DNA from: Octopus bimaculoides
Taxonomy: Eukaryota
Direction of reading: 5' to 3'
Assembly: GCF_001194135.2 (NCBI RefSeq)
Contig: NC_069001.1
Location: forward strand, 20,198,650-20,262,649
DNA: 64,000 nucleotides
The notes under the pieces are model-generated. The model saw only the letters and a list, made by a program, of their open reading frames with translations. It was not told the origin of the DNA and searched no databases. Shown piece after piece: positions 13,175 to 26,524 of this stretch (position 1 is its first letter; every line of letters starts with the position of its first letter). The translations under genes were made by a program, and so were the position numbers.

Positions 13175-14047
13175 CCTCCCCCTCTTTCACTTATCACTTT
13201 GAAACCAGTAAACCGAAACAATATGGCTGAAAGTAAAATGTTTGACGAAAATTTTGGAGTCATCTCCCTTATTTTTAAGTCTTAAATATACTGAGGCAGT
13301 TTTTGTCTACTCATGTTAATCATATTTTATGGAAGTTTTACAACTCTCTAGTTGGGTTGTGATCACAAATTAGAAAATTTCGTAAGCAATCGACATTGTA
13401 TATCTGAAGTAAAAAAAAAAAAAAAATTGAGAATAGTAATCTTTGTATTTTTAAACGTGGAACCCCACCCGAAATTTTCGAAAACTAGTTAAAAAACGAA
13501 CTCTGGGTGGATAGAGTGGAAATTTGAAATATAAAAAAATGTTTTTCGTTTTGACAAAATTGTAATGTTAAAAACATGAGAATCTGAAGAGACTTTTTCT
13601 CTGTTGGATGGTGGAGCTATTCAATACGTCTGCCTTGGACATGGATGAGTAATCTCAGTTAATCCATTTTCAGATTTTGGTCACAAATCGAAAGAATCCT
13701 GTCTACTTGCGGCACAGTGTTGGCCTACTGTTAAAGTGATATTCTTCTTGCTCTTTCCGTGTCTAGAACAAAAATAACATTAACCCTAAATAAAGTAACA
13801 ATAGAATGGTTGAATGCGTGAAATAGTAACAATGATGAATGTATAGGTTGTATGTTTTGTTGTGTACTAAAATTCTGTGTAATCACGCTGCACTGTTACA
13901 ATAAAGTCCTATGAAAATTATAACAAAATTCTTAAGAAAAATTAATGATAAAATTCACAGAACCAGAGAAAGAGAAAGCACCTAAGTCTATGCAAATTGA
14001 ACTAGAAAACATTTCCTCTCCAATCTATTAAGTAGCTATGTGATTAC

Positions 14048-14220
14048 AAGAAATAGCAGCCAAATGTCGCTAGTGATACTACACACACTTAAAAAAATGG
14101 ATATGCTGGATAATGTTTTCCTAGATACACTATCTGAAGAACAAAAAATTGATAGGGGAGTCACATAAGAATCACTTTTGATCATTGGATTGTTTGATCA
14201 GAGCTGACCTGAAACTAAAT
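14048..14220 (+). repeat. Interspersed repeat (family D), unclassified
   Basis: agaaatagcagccaaat...cctagatacact...cttttgatcat...ctgacctg recurs at 10345-10500, 21685-21930 and inverted at 11700-11795. Confidence 0.4.
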
Positions 14221-16294
14221 ACAGAAGTACTTATATTTGACTGAAAAGGTGTATAATTAACTGTACATCTAGGAATTAGTTCAGGCCATCACTAAATCCA
14301 TCTGTTCACAAATTGTAAATGCTTCACAGACCATTTAATTATCAAATTAAAATACTGCCTGAAGATGATATTAAAAAGCATTATGCACTTGAATGTAGAT
14401 ATTCACAGTATATCATTTGGGGAATAGAAGCAATAAATTTCACCTTAACATACACTTGAAGTATGAAATTGAGACTGTGTCAATAAGTTTGTTGTCAAAA
14501 GGCAAAAAGAAAACTTCTTTCCAGGAAAGAACAAAATTCTTTAGCATAAAAAAATCCTATTGAAAAACTTTTTTCATCTGTAAACAAAAGTTCCATTTTG
14601 ACAGACCACTGTTGTAGAAGACAAGTGTATCACTTCTGTATCTGTTAATAAAAATCTAATAAAAGAAAATTTTGGTTAGTTATGAAGTGAAGTGTTAATT
14701 TTGAATAAATGAATGCATAAATAGCACATGTAGTGTCTGATATAAACCATTGGGTAGGTGGGAATTACTAAATTTTTGTTTAAATATAAGTGATTGTATA
14801 CTTAGTAGAATGTATCCTCTTTCAGGGAGATGCTTGCTAATGAAGTAAAACCCTTGTCAGTATTACAACACTACAACTATTTGTTCCTACCTGTGATACC
14901 AATTGATAGTTGAGTGGAGAGGATTTTTTAAAATAGTAATGGTATTGGTTACATCAGTTACTGGTTCTACATTTACTTTCCCTACTGGACAGATTTTACA
15001 AGTCTTCCATATAGCTTGACCTTACCTGAGAGATTTCTAGATATTAAATTATCGTAAGGCTTCATGTTTGTGACAGACGCAGTTGATTAAAGGAACTCCA
15101 GTACTTGCCGGGAGCAAGAGCATTTGGTCTAGTGCTATATCATATCTTCTACGCCATAAGTTTCCACTTAGTAATTAAAATACTGATCAATCCACAATAT
15201 AATTTTAGTTTAAATTTCCCCCTCCTCCTCCATTGTTTCCTACATGTTTTTTTGTCTCTCTCTCTCAAAATTTATGTCAGTTATATGAATCCTAGGTTTT
15301 AACTTTGTGACTGAACATATTGATTGACCAGACCTCTGTGCAAATCTATCACAGTTTCTGTCATCGAGTGTTTTTCTAGTGCATGAACACTACCTAATGT
15401 ATCACCCTTTTTTAAGAAGGTAGAGAATGATTTGTCAAGTTTCTTTCATCGCTCTCTATATAATTATGTATGTTCATTGATTCATTTATTTATGCTTGTG
15501 TGTTTGAGATTCATCCTTCTCCTGACATCACTTTCACGTCACCACCTCATTGTTTGCCCTATAAATAGTGTTGTCATTGTGTATGAAATAGTTATGTCTA
15601 AATTGTATGGGTGAGTGAGTGGAATGTCAGGTGGGTGTGAAAGATGGAAAGGAGATATAGTGACATAAGAGCCTCAGTGGCAAAGATATTTGAATTATGC
15701 ATTTATACACTATTCTTGCCTCCTCTTTGTGAAAGAGAAGGCTCTTTCGATCTAGAGGTGCAAAGTATCACTCAGGATACTCACAGAAATATATGTTTTT
15801 AATATTAATACCAAACATTTAAATTCACAGTTGTGAAGCTAAAGCTCCCTTTCATTACTACTCTGAATTTCACTTTTCTAGACAATTCTACTTTATGTAT
15901 TGAGTACTTTCTCCCCTATTAGTAAATACAAGCACTAACACACGTGCTTGCACACACACACACACACACAATATTTGTACTTTAGGCAAATAGTTTTCTA
16001 CTATTGCTCCTGGCCAAGAAATGTCTACTGACAGGAAAAGCAGGAATCATAGTGAAGACCACACACATCATATTCAAACTTGGTATGTAGGACGCTAATA
16101 ATACATACTCTCTTCTTCAGTTGCACTGCTTTTGCAGATTCCCATGACTCTCTATTGCCATTCAATTCCACTACTATGAATTTGAATTGGAAGCTTGAGT
16201 AATAGTAAATCTTCCATTAGCTGACTACACAACCATGGACGCTGCCTCTATGGATGTGTTGTAGTTACTCTCCTGATAGAACTTGGTGGTCCTG

Positions 16295-16705
16295 ACTCTT
16301 TCACTTGTTTCAGTCATTTGACTGTCGCCATGCTGGAGCACCGCCTTTAGTTGAGCGAATCGACCCCAGGACTTATTCTTTGTAAGCCTAGTACTTATTC
16401 TATCGGTCTCTTTTGCCGAACCGCTAGATTATGAGGACATAAACACACCAGCATCGGTTGTCAAGCGATGTTGGGAGGACAAACACAGACACAAAAACAT
16501 ATACACACACATACATATATATATATATATATGTGTGTGTATGTATATACATATATATAGGACGGGCTTCTTTCAGTTTCCGTCTACCAAATCCACTCAC
16601 AAGGCTTTAGTTGGCTTGAGGCTATAGTAGAAGACACTTGCCCAAGGTGCCACGCAGTGGGACTGAACCTGGAACCATGTGGTTCATAAGCAAGCTACTT
16701 ACCAC
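16295..16705 (-). mobile_element. tRNA-derived SINE family A, near full length
   Basis: Complete head, central (TA/TG)n tract and 3' end (ccagcatggcgacagtcaaatgactgaaacaag); near-identical to 19123-19425 and 38413-38796. Confidence 0.9.
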
Positions 16706-16829
16706 TCCTACACCTGTTGATCTTCTAGGATTCCTAGCATTGTTGGCTCAGTTGAGCTCTTCTGCTACCTCTTCAAAATCCACCATTCTGCAATCCCATG
16801 ACTTCACTGTATTCCTGGCAGGGCATAGT

Positions 16830-18690
16830 TGTCTCTCCAAGAGGTACTTTCAAATTGCCTGCATACCTCAATAGTACATATAAGACTACTCAGAATTGTT
16901 AGTATCCCCCATCAGATGCTCCAAATTATGTGGATATGGTTGAAGACTGGCTCACAAAAAAAAAAAAAGGAAGTTCTAACCAAACTTTATCGACACATCA
17001 GTTAGCTTCTTATGGGAAACTTCAGTATGCTCAGTGTCAGATACCCTGAAGGCTACTTTCAGGGTATAACAAGGCATAAACAAACCTCACCATCATGTTA
17101 TTTATGGAAAAGATATTACTCCACCCAACCAGGGCAAATAATATTCTGGATCTCTGCTTTGCAAATAATATGGAACTAGTCCATAATGTGAAAGTGACAC
17201 GTCAATCTTGGATCACAATATAGCTGAACTAACAATGTATGGGCCAAAGGAAGCCACAGGTATATAGCCTATAAGAAACACTTAGACTTTATCCACTCCG
17301 AACTTCCACAAAGCTACCTGGAAAAAAGAATACAGAAAGAATTCCTCTAGCAGAATTAGCATAAATGTCTCTTTGTACCTAACATCATCATGAAGCTTAA
17401 ACAATTCATGTCAGTAATACAAGCTATATGCATAAAATTTGTCTTGGAGAAAAAAAAAGTTAGTCTGCATGAAAACAAAATTTCTAGGGAAAGAAAAGAT
17501 TGTTTAAGAGAAGATTGCAAATAAAGTAAATAAGAGCCAAAAATCCTATCTAAAAATTGATAGTACTGGAGATGAGAAAAATTTGCTATACTCCCTTGAA
17601 AAAAAAAGCTAGTATTATAGAAAATATAAAAACAAACCTTAAAGCTTTCTTTAGCTTCGCTAAATAACAACCTTAATGTCTGGTAAGGGAGGATCACTCT
17701 TCCAAGAAAATGGCTCCCTAACTGCAAACCCCAAAAGGATAAGTGAAATACTGAATGAACAATTCAAAAATGTTTTCACTTCCCCTCTGTGGCACAAGCA
17801 AATGAGCAAACCAGATGAGTTCTTTACCACTATAGATGCAGAAGAGAAGGCAGCAGTGATTGATTACATCAACACAAAAGATGTAATACTAGCCATAGAT
17901 TAAATAAGCCTAAACTTTGTTATTGGTCCTAATGGATTCACAGCAATCCTTCTAAAAACATATAAATGAACCCTAACAAAATGACTACAGTCTCTCTTTC
18001 TTTGAAAGTGGCAAGCATCCAGGCAAATTTAAAGACAGCATAGTATGCCTTATTCATAAAGATGGAAGCAGAGCAGATCCTGAAAATTGCAAGCCTATCT
18101 CTCTAACCACACATACCCGTTAAGTCATGGAACAAATTGACAAATGGAAACAACTAATCACATTCCTTGAAGAAAATTATTTGCTAACACTCAGCATGCT
18201 TTTTGGTCAAGAGAAAGCAGTACTTTTTGGTTATCTCACCCCCATTAAAATATTGGGTTATCCTCCCCACGTTTTATGAGAAATATCGGTACTTTTATCT
18301 CCCTCAACTTAAAGAATTGTTCAACTCTTAATAAAAAAAAAAAAGTGAAACGATGAAACCTCATATTGAATCTGATAATAATTTTATAACAAATCATACA
18401 GAACTGAAAAGATTAATAAACATGAAAATTGAAAAAATTAATAAACACAAAAACTGCAATAAACATTTTACTGAATCTGATAACATTTTTATAACAAATT
18501 ATACCATTCCTATTGAGGAGGCCAAAAGTCAACAATGTGTTGAAGTATTGAATCAAAAGGATCTAACCCTTTTAATCCAATCTCTTGTCTCATAAACTAA
18601 ATTTTTTTAGGGGGGTGAGATAACCAAAAATTATCAAGAAAGCCCCTACAACACTACGACTGGGTTTTAAGACAAAAAACATATTGCTGA
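16830..18690 (+). mobile_element. Decayed CR1-clade LINE ORF2 (APE to RT N-terminus), interrupted by a MITE
   Basis: Remnant motifs LLMGNF (GDFN-like), HPTRANNILDLCF, DHN, EILNEQFKNVFT, GPNGF, PIHKDGSRADPENCKPISLT, QHAF; resumes as LQHYDWVL after the MITE. Confidence 0.75.
18223..18631. mobile_element. TA-flanked MITE (Tc1/mariner-type, non-autonomous)
   Basis: TIRs (C)TTTTTGGTTATCTCACCCCC and GGGGGTGAGATAACCAAAAA(T) with TA on both sides; internal direct repeat aatctgataa..tttataacaaat. Confidence 0.7.
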
Positions 18691-19091
18691 CATATGACTT
18701 GTGAGGTAGAAACTATATTGAAGCCAGTAGTGTGGGTCATATATTCAATACAAAAGGTACAACCTTGTAACACAGTATTATACTGATTCTGCTCGAGAAT
18801 TGTGTGTGTGACTCTGAGATCAGCTTTCACTTCTTTGTCACATATCTTTTTTGTGTCTCCCTCTTCCACTATGTATATATATATTTTTATTAATATTTAG
18901 CAGAAGTAACAATGACTGAAGGTCCGAGAGTTTCATGCATTGGCACTTATCAAACTAGTAATAGGTCAAAGGCCTGTAAGTTTATTTAGTTGTTGATAAA
19001 TGAATAAATCTATTTCCCTGTGGAATGTTCTAGAATGAATTAACATATGCTCATATTTTGAGTTCTATTTTCCCTGTTTGCACCAACATAC

Positions 19092-19122
<31 letters not shown>

Positions 19123-19125
<3 letters not shown>

Positions 19126-19425
19126 GAGCGGCTGTGTGGTAAGTAGCTTGCTTACCAACCACATGGTTCTGGGTTCAGTCCCACTGCGTGGCACCTTGGG
19201 CAAGTGTCTTCTACTATAGCCTCGGGCCAACCAAAGCCTTGTGAGTGGATTTGGTAGACGGAAACTGAAAGAAGCCTGTTGTATATATGTATATGTATGT
19301 GTGTGTATATGTTTGTGTGTCTGTGTTTGTCCCCCCCAACATCGCTTGACAACCGATGGTGGTGTGTTTACGTCCCTGTAACTTAGCGGTTCGGCAAAAG
19401 AGACTGATAGAATAAGTACTAGGTA
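19123..19425 (+). mobile_element. SINE family A, young copy, 3' end lost in gap
   Basis: caggagcggctgtgtggtaagtagcttgcttaccaaccacatggttctgggttcagtcccactgcgtggcacc head; CpGs retained. Confidence 0.9.
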
Positions 19426-19618
19426 NNNNNNNNNNNNNNNNNNNNNNNNNNNNNNNNNNNNNNNNNNNNNNNNNNNNNNNNNNNNNNNNNNNNNNNNNNN
19501 NNNNNNNNNNNNNNNNNNNNNNNNNNNNNNNNNNNNNNNNNNNNNNNNNNNNNNNNNNNNNNNNNNNNNNNNNNNNNNNNNNNNNNNNNNNNNNNNNNNN
19601 NNNNNNNNNNNNNNNNNN
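19426..19618. other. Assembly gap
   Basis: Run of N. Confidence 0.99.
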
Positions 19619-20414
19619 TATACACACACATACATATGAAAAATATATTCACGTGTATGTATAGATACCCTACTATACAGATGAAGGCACATATTCCCAA
19701 ACTCACTCTTGTTTTAGTTCAGTTACAGAAGTTTGAAGTGATGAGGGTGGCTTTAAATCTTGAGAAATGTCTTGAGTTTTTTTTTTTTTTCTTTTGTCTG
19801 TTTTATTACTATAGCTGGACATGAATTTGTAAAAATGAAAACTCTGTAAAAGAAAAGTTTCATACAATACTGCAAAGGACAGAAAAACAAAAAAAAACAT
19901 TGAAAGTTACTGAAATGAAAACTGCATATTTAGGAATTAAATTTGCCAATATGAAGATGATTTGGCTATTATTTCTAGTTTAGTAAGAGACTGTGTCGAG
20001 ATTTTATAATGATGATAGCAATGTTAGTGACAATGATATAAATACTCAGAATAACTTGTTGCTTGTCTATCCTCTAAATGCCCCCTTAATTCCAGTAATT
20101 AATACTCTTACTCACAATTGTCCTGTAACCTTCAGTTATGTTTCTCATTACTCTTGTTACCATCCGAATTTAATAATATAATTCTTCACAATTCACTTGC
20201 AACATATCCACCTTCTCCAGATTTCATTTCACTCTTATGGCAATAATAAGGTCACCCACTACAACTATCAAAAAGCTTCCATCAAGTCAATATGGCTGCT
20301 CTACTTGCTAGAAATAGAAAACAAATTTCTCTCACACACACTTTACTTTTTCTATAAAAATAAATAGAAAGTTGATAACATTGTGTAATCTAGGTACTGA
20401 TGAAATGAAATATC

Positions 20415-21340
20415 TTTAGACTACGGCCATACTGGGGCACTGCCTTGAAAACTTTTAGTCAAACTTATCAACCCCAGTACTTATTTTTTTGTAAAGCCTT
20501 GTACTTATTCTACTGGTGTATTCTGCTGAACTGCTAAGTTACAAGGATGTAAACGCCAACACCAGTTGTCAAGCAGTGGTGGTGGGGACAAAGATATGCA
20601 CATATATGTGTGTGTGTGGCTACTGAAGATATGCAAAAACTTGAAAGAAATGAAGCCAGTATGCTTTGCTGGATGGGTAATGTCAGTGTGCATCTATGAC
20701 AGAGTGTAAGTGATCTGGGGGAAAAAAACTGGGTATACAAGGCATCAGATGTAGTGTACAAGAGAGAAGACTGCACTGGAATGGCCATGTAATGCATATG
20801 AATGAAGACAGTTGCATCAAGAGTGCCAATCTCTAATTGCAGAGGGAACATGTGGAAGGAGTAGATGCTAGAAAATGTTGGGACTCACAGAGGAGATGAT
20901 GGGAATCAACAAAGGGACCCTCATATGGTTTGCTGTGCTTGAAAAGACATGTCAAGCTAAGTAAAAGTGTGGTTGCCCTTGCATACAGTCTCATACCCTG
21001 CAACCTTCTCCAGCTGAGCGTCCCTAATCTTGTGGGCTCATAGATGCTGGTGCCATGTAAAATGCACCCAAGCTGGTGCTGTGTAAAATGCACCCAGTAC
21101 ACTCTGTGAAGTGGATGGTGTTAGAAAGAGCATCCAGTCATAGAAACCATGCCAGCATGGAAGATGGGCATTAAATGATGATGATATATATATATATATA
21201 TATATATGACAGGCTTCTTTTAGTTTCTGTCCACCAGATCCATTCACAAGGCTTTGGTCAACCTGATACTATAGTAGCAAACACTTGCCCAAGGTGCCAC
21301 ACAGTGGGACTGAATCTGGAACCACACAGCCATGCCTGCA
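20415..21340 (-). mobile_element. SINE family A split by a nested RTE insertion
   Basis: 3' half at 20415-20616 and 5' half at 21208-21340 are collinear with the intact copies; the break is at the central microsatellite. Confidence 0.75.
20617..21185 (+). mobile_element. RTE-clade LINE, 5'-truncated 3' end
   Basis: Translates EDMQKLERNEASMLCWMGNVSV...QERRLHWNGHVMHMNEDSCIK (RTE ORF C-terminus), then RTE 3'UTR and (GAT)n tail. Confidence 0.8.
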
Positions 21341-22726
21341 CCCGGTAATGGCAGAAATACCTTTTATCATGTTTACTCAATCAGGGCTAACCTGGAGCCA
21401 AACAAAAGCCAACACCACTACCATCTTCATCACTGTAAATTTATTTGACTGAATATTTTGTTTAATATCATACAGCTGTTATGACCTTAAAAAATCATTA
21501 AAATTTTTCTGCATGTTACTTACACTTGAAGATAACAGAGGCTAATTTCATTATCAATGCTCTGCACCCATGACAGCTGAAATTAGCTTATTAGTACAAA
21601 ATATCTATATGCTTCATCTATTCAAGTTATCCACAAAAGGAAGGTATATTGAGCAAGGGAGCCCCAGATGTATAAAAAGATAGATGGCCATGGTTGGAAT
21701 GCTTTTGATCATGGGCTGACATTATAAAGTCATACAATATCACTAGCATGTTATCATTGAACCAACAATGTTAGAAATAGCAACCAAGTGTCCCTAAAAT
21801 CACACTCCATCTTAATGAAAGGACATTTTAGGTAAAGTAGTCCAGAGGCCTAAAAAGATAGGATGATCAGAACAAGAATGTTTTTGATCATAGGTCTGCT
21901 CAATCAGGCTTGACCTGGGGCTTTGCAATAAAACGTCTACAATGTCATAACTATTATAACTACTATTATGTTCACCACCACCACCACTACACAACTCTAA
22001 TACTACTAAAACTAATGTTACTTCTGCTATGACTGTCCAAGATAAAGAGGCGGTCTGATTCCATTGTTTAGAAGTGGTAGTGAATACGAAGAATATATAA
22101 CATTGTTTCATAATAAGAACAATTTTCTAACTTCAGTAATAGACCATATAATTGTGGGGAAGGAGTTGATTGATTGATCGATTTAATCCTTGTACACAAC
22201 AGATTCTTTATGAACATTGTCAACGTTGGTGGTGTTTGCTTAGTTATTCTGTTGTTTATCATCCTGCAGATATACATAAACATAAGTATAGTCATGAAAT
22301 GCAAGGCTGACTCCATTTTATGTTTGTATGCAGCATTCTTCAATTTAAATTTTAAGTTCTACTTCAAATCGTTGTTAATGTTTGTGTCTAAGGAATATAA
22401 TTAGTTCATCAATGATGAAGGGTTTTGATAAGCTTTTAATTGCATAATTCTTAGAATAAAAATGAAAATAATGTAGTATTGGTTGTTAAAAGAAAGTTCA
22501 TACTGGGATGTTTTTTTATTGCTTAATCAAGAAGAAAAGCAGTGCCTATAACTCTTTATATGGTCTTCAAGACTAGTGAGAAGACAGGATGATATCTTGA
22601 AGCCAGAGTCTTGGGCTGAATGCTTGCCACAGAGTGGACGCTGCTAAAGGCATCCGAGGATCAGGTGGTGGTGTTGTTTTGAATGCAACAAATATAATCT
22701 ACCAACCAACTTAACTATTTAAAAGA

Positions 22727-22940
22727 TTAACCCTTTAGCGTTTAAGCTAGCCATATATGGCCCAAACATTCTCTTTGTTTTATGGTGAAACTGATCAGAT
22801 CTGGCCTATCATTCTACAATGTAATTCTATGAATAAACAGTCACATAATCAAAATCTCAAAACTATGAGATGATGCATGATTAATTCAAAATAATTTGAA
22901 TAAATAGATATTACATTTGACAGAATAATCTGAAGGGTTA
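22727..22940 (-). mobile_element. piggyBac-like MITE copy 2
   Basis: TTAACCCTTTAGC left end, GAAGGGTTA right end; body is the reverse complement of 457-675. Confidence 0.65.
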
Positions 22941-23029
22941 GTCTAGAGAATCATTTAAAATAGATATCATTTTCTTACTGCAAGCCTATGCTAATACAAA
23001 TAAAACAATAAGAGCTGTAATTTATTGTG

Positions 23030-23590
23030 TCTGGGGAGAGTCATTCTCTTTTAGTGCCATATTATTTAACACACTCAACGGTTCAATCTCCACTCATTTA
23101 CTTATTTTTTCTAAAATTTTCGTTATGTTGCAACCTTTTCAATAGTCGTTGACTCCATCCATTATCAGACCTGCGTTCATTTTGTTTGTGTGTGTCAGTG
23201 TTCATTTGCATGCACTCATGTATGTATATTCATGTGTACATTTGTGTGTATGTATGTATTCTGCATATTCATGTATTTGTGTGTTTACTTCTGTCTGTCT
23301 CCTTGCGTGTGTGTGTGTTTGAGTATGTCTATGTGAATGGGTTTGTGGGACTATGTACGTGTGTCTGTTATGTATAGATGTGTGTCTCTATGTGTCCTTG
23401 TGTGTGTGAAATGTGTGTCTGTGTATATGGACATGTGTTTCGGTCTTCATTTGCGTATGTGTGTGTGTGTGTGTGCTTGTCTGTCCATATTATCTATGTA
23501 CCTATCTATGTGTTTACTTACATATCCATTTACCTATATATATACACACATACATAATAGCCTACTAACTACTCTACCTGTGTATATATA
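23030..23590. repeat. Degenerate (TG)n-rich tract with non-repetitive leader, probable microsatellite-carrying element
   Basis: About 300 bp of eroded TG repeats behind gtctggggagagtcattctc...; explains spurious ORFs 23186-23591. Confidence 0.45.
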
Positions 23591-24172
23591 AACTGTGGGT
23601 ATTGGGGTATGACTACCTTCTATGTATATTTCCTATCTAGTACTGGGAAGGTTTCATTTATGAGGACATACTCCTGTATAAGAGCTTTATTTTATTGTCT
23701 TGTTCTTTTCCATTACTGTTCTAGGGTGATTGGATAAATATAATGCCCTCTCAAAATGATTATTAATGTGACTGACTGAAATAGTAGATAACTGTACTAA
23801 TTGCATTAATGTACATAGTATATTTCCTATAAGTTTTGAATTGCTAAAGTTGACTTTACTTTTCATAGTCCAGTGTCTTTAAAAGTAGTCTTCACATCCT
23901 GACAATCTCGTGAAATCAATGGTGGATGAGCTTCCAGATCAGAAGTTATTTGGCAAATGCACACATGTTATAAGTAAAATTGCTCTAGTATCAATTTTGC
24001 TTTCATTCTCCAAGTGTCAGTGAACACTGCAAAGGGATTTTTATTCTTCAACAAATTCATAGCTTTGTGCCTGTCAAGGAAATGATTCTTAACAAAATCA
24101 TTGTTGTTATTATTTGGAAATTATTATATACTGTTCTTTTTTAAAATTTATTTTCTGTAATTTGTAAAATAG

Positions 24173-24468
24173 GTCGACAACACCAAAACAGTCTCCAATC
24201 TCTCATTTGAACAAGCCACTTTCTGGCATTACTGTGGCCAGTGACTGTGATAGTTTGGCTAGAAGTTCTGAAAACCAGATTGGAACTCTTATTGACTTGT
24301 CTGTGACCAACAAAAACATTGACTTGAAGAGTCAGCAGCTCCAGGATAATTTACTGAACAACACTGATGACCTGTTGAATTTCAACAGTGTCAATTCGGC
24401 TACTGGTGATCATAAAAATACCTTATTACCTTTCGAAGATAACGCACCTCAACGACAGGATGTTTCTG
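24173..24468 (+). CDS. Internal coding exon of unidentified host gene (Ser/Asn/Asp-rich, disordered)
   Basis: T-rich acceptor ...ttttctgtaatttgtaaaatAG|, open frame STTPKQSPISHLNKPLSG...GTLIDLS...DDLLNF...QRQDVS, consensus donor G|GTAAGT; 296 nt, phase 2 to phase 1; composition distinct from flanks. Confidence 0.75.
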
Positions 24469-26524
24469 GTAAGTTCCTGTATCTATTTTCACTTTATTTA
24501 CTTCTCTGAATTTTCTTCTTCACTCTTTCAAAGATATGGCTATGAAATTAAGGTGCTTGCTCTAATCAAGTTTTTGAGTTCAAACATTGCTGCTATAGCC
24601 AAACAATTGTGTTGTGCCATAACAAGATATTCTTAGGAATGGAAATGAATCACACACACACACACACCAATATGAGAAGTAATCTTGTAGGTTTCATATT
24701 TTTCTCCATAAAACCTATAACGTACCCATACATGTATACGTGTGTGAGAGTAAGACTAAATGGTTAGTTAATGAGGTTTATAATATTTAGTATTTGACAA
24801 AAATACAATTCATTCAATATGTTTTTTTCTATTCTTTGTGCAGCAGCATGTTAATTGCATACTAAATTTTAGTTGTACTAATTATGTGTATTGCATTTAT
24901 TCTTTATTAACGTTTTTATGAGGTGTGGAATACGCAGACGGATGACAAAATAAGTGTAATTCAGTAATTGAATTATTAGTTGAGATGACGACAACATTTG
25001 TGATAATCTTTGCTAACATAGATTTACAACTATTGGCTTTAATTAACAGTTAATCAAGATAATGATGATAATAAGTTATGTAAATGAATCCAACATTATC
25101 CTTTCCTTTCATTTCTTTTTTCATTGTTGCTATTTTTTTTTTTTTTTCAATATAACTTTAAGATTTTCTTGAGCCTGGAGTTCGAATCTCCTGCAAGTAT
25201 TTTGATGTGTTCCTGGGCTACTCCCTTAAGTTTGCAATGCTCTTTTAGTTTGCCTACTTATAAGGATACACTCTAGGCTTTTCTTGGGACTCGGTTATTG
25301 CTTAACACAGGTTCTTATGGCGCTAGATATAAGAGGCAAATCTTCCTCTTGTAGCGAATACAGAGTGGACTTCAGAGCCAACAGTTACATTTTGTTGGAT
25401 ATGTATGAACTACCAACTTAGTTTCTAGACTAGTTCTATTGCAAACTTTACCAGCATAAGTGCTGGAATTCTCATGCATTTAATGTGTTGTGTCTAGTGG
25501 TAATTGACATTACCAGAGATGCCATATGCATGAAAGTTCAGCATACTTAAAGGGAAAAAAATCTAATTAATTAATAATACTTGTAAATGAGAAGAAAATA
25601 TACCTCAGTGACTAATATTAATCTGATTTTGGTAATAATGATATTGTGTCTATCATTTTAGAAATTTAAATACATAGCTTTTCCTAGATAGGATATTCTG
25701 AGAATCTTTGAACCCAGCATACCGATCACCAAAAAAACAAAAAGAGGAACAAAACATACTGCAAGTTACATATAACCTATTTATATTAAAAATTAATTTA
25801 CCTTTTAGAATTGAAGTATCTTTATTAGAGACTTTAAAAACAGCCATAATGATAGGGTGAATTGAAGACCTTTCAGCTGGAAAGCTGTTGGTATTTGATT
25901 GAACTCAGAATGAAAAAAGAAACTAAATTGTGAAAAGCATTCCAGCCAAAATGCTGCCATCTCTTTTCATTCTTTAACTGCAGTTTGATTTAACTAAGTA
26001 CCATGTTTGGAAAATAGGGAGACAATTGATTGAATAGACCCCCTATTATATCATTATTCCTGGTCCTCAAACCCAGAAATGGAAATGATAAAACTAAATA
26101 TATTTAATTTTGTGTTTTACAGTCTTAGCCATTGTTTGTCAAATTGTTCCCTGTATTTACTAGTATTCAGTTTATCAATTCTAAAGAGATAAAATTGACT
26201 CTGATATGATTTAACTCATTCATGATATGTATAATGAAAACTTTTATTAATTTTGAAAGGGTTACTAAAATCACAAAGCTGGTGTTTGGAAAATAACTTA
26301 ACAAAATGTTCTTATAATGATGGAAGGTTTAATGAACATTTAAAATGGGACATTGTCTCAGATGAGTTCTTATCAAAAAGATTAAACTCAGAATTTAGAG
26401 TCTTCTTACTGTTTCTTTCAACTCACACTCATACAATAATAAAGCACTAGCTACCATACTTAATGAAATGAGCTGAAAATAATTTTTAATGAATTGAAAT
26501 TGTAATGGTTTAGAAAAGGAAAAC

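Larger units (their letters stand above)
10200..13900. promoter_or_regulatory. CpG-retaining zone, candidate (bidirectional) promoter
   Basis: Hand count about 55-60 CpG in 10201-12211 versus fewer than 10 in 1-2000; enrichment continues after the gap to about 13.9 kb. Strong minus-strand donors at 11426 and 11416 and a plus-strand donor at 12054. Confidence 0.45.

Noticed and set aside
12168-13263. Long ORFs across N-runs (also 19051-19706, 28912-30313, 30880-31826, 61530-62384)
   Set aside because: Artefacts of assembly gaps translated as X.
15030-15080. Minus-strand ATG...CAG|GTAAGG (MKPYDNLISRNLS)
   Set aside because: No compatible downstream exon found, and it conflicts with the promoter position.
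16295-19425. tRNA-like sequences at SINE heads
   Set aside because: No complete cloverleaf; they continue into SINE bodies, so they are not tRNA genes.
24270-24310. Assigning the host gene as SH3BP4 from GTLIDLS
   Set aside because: A 7-residue linear motif recalled from memory is not evidence of orthology; no SH3, ZU5 or death domain exon is seen.
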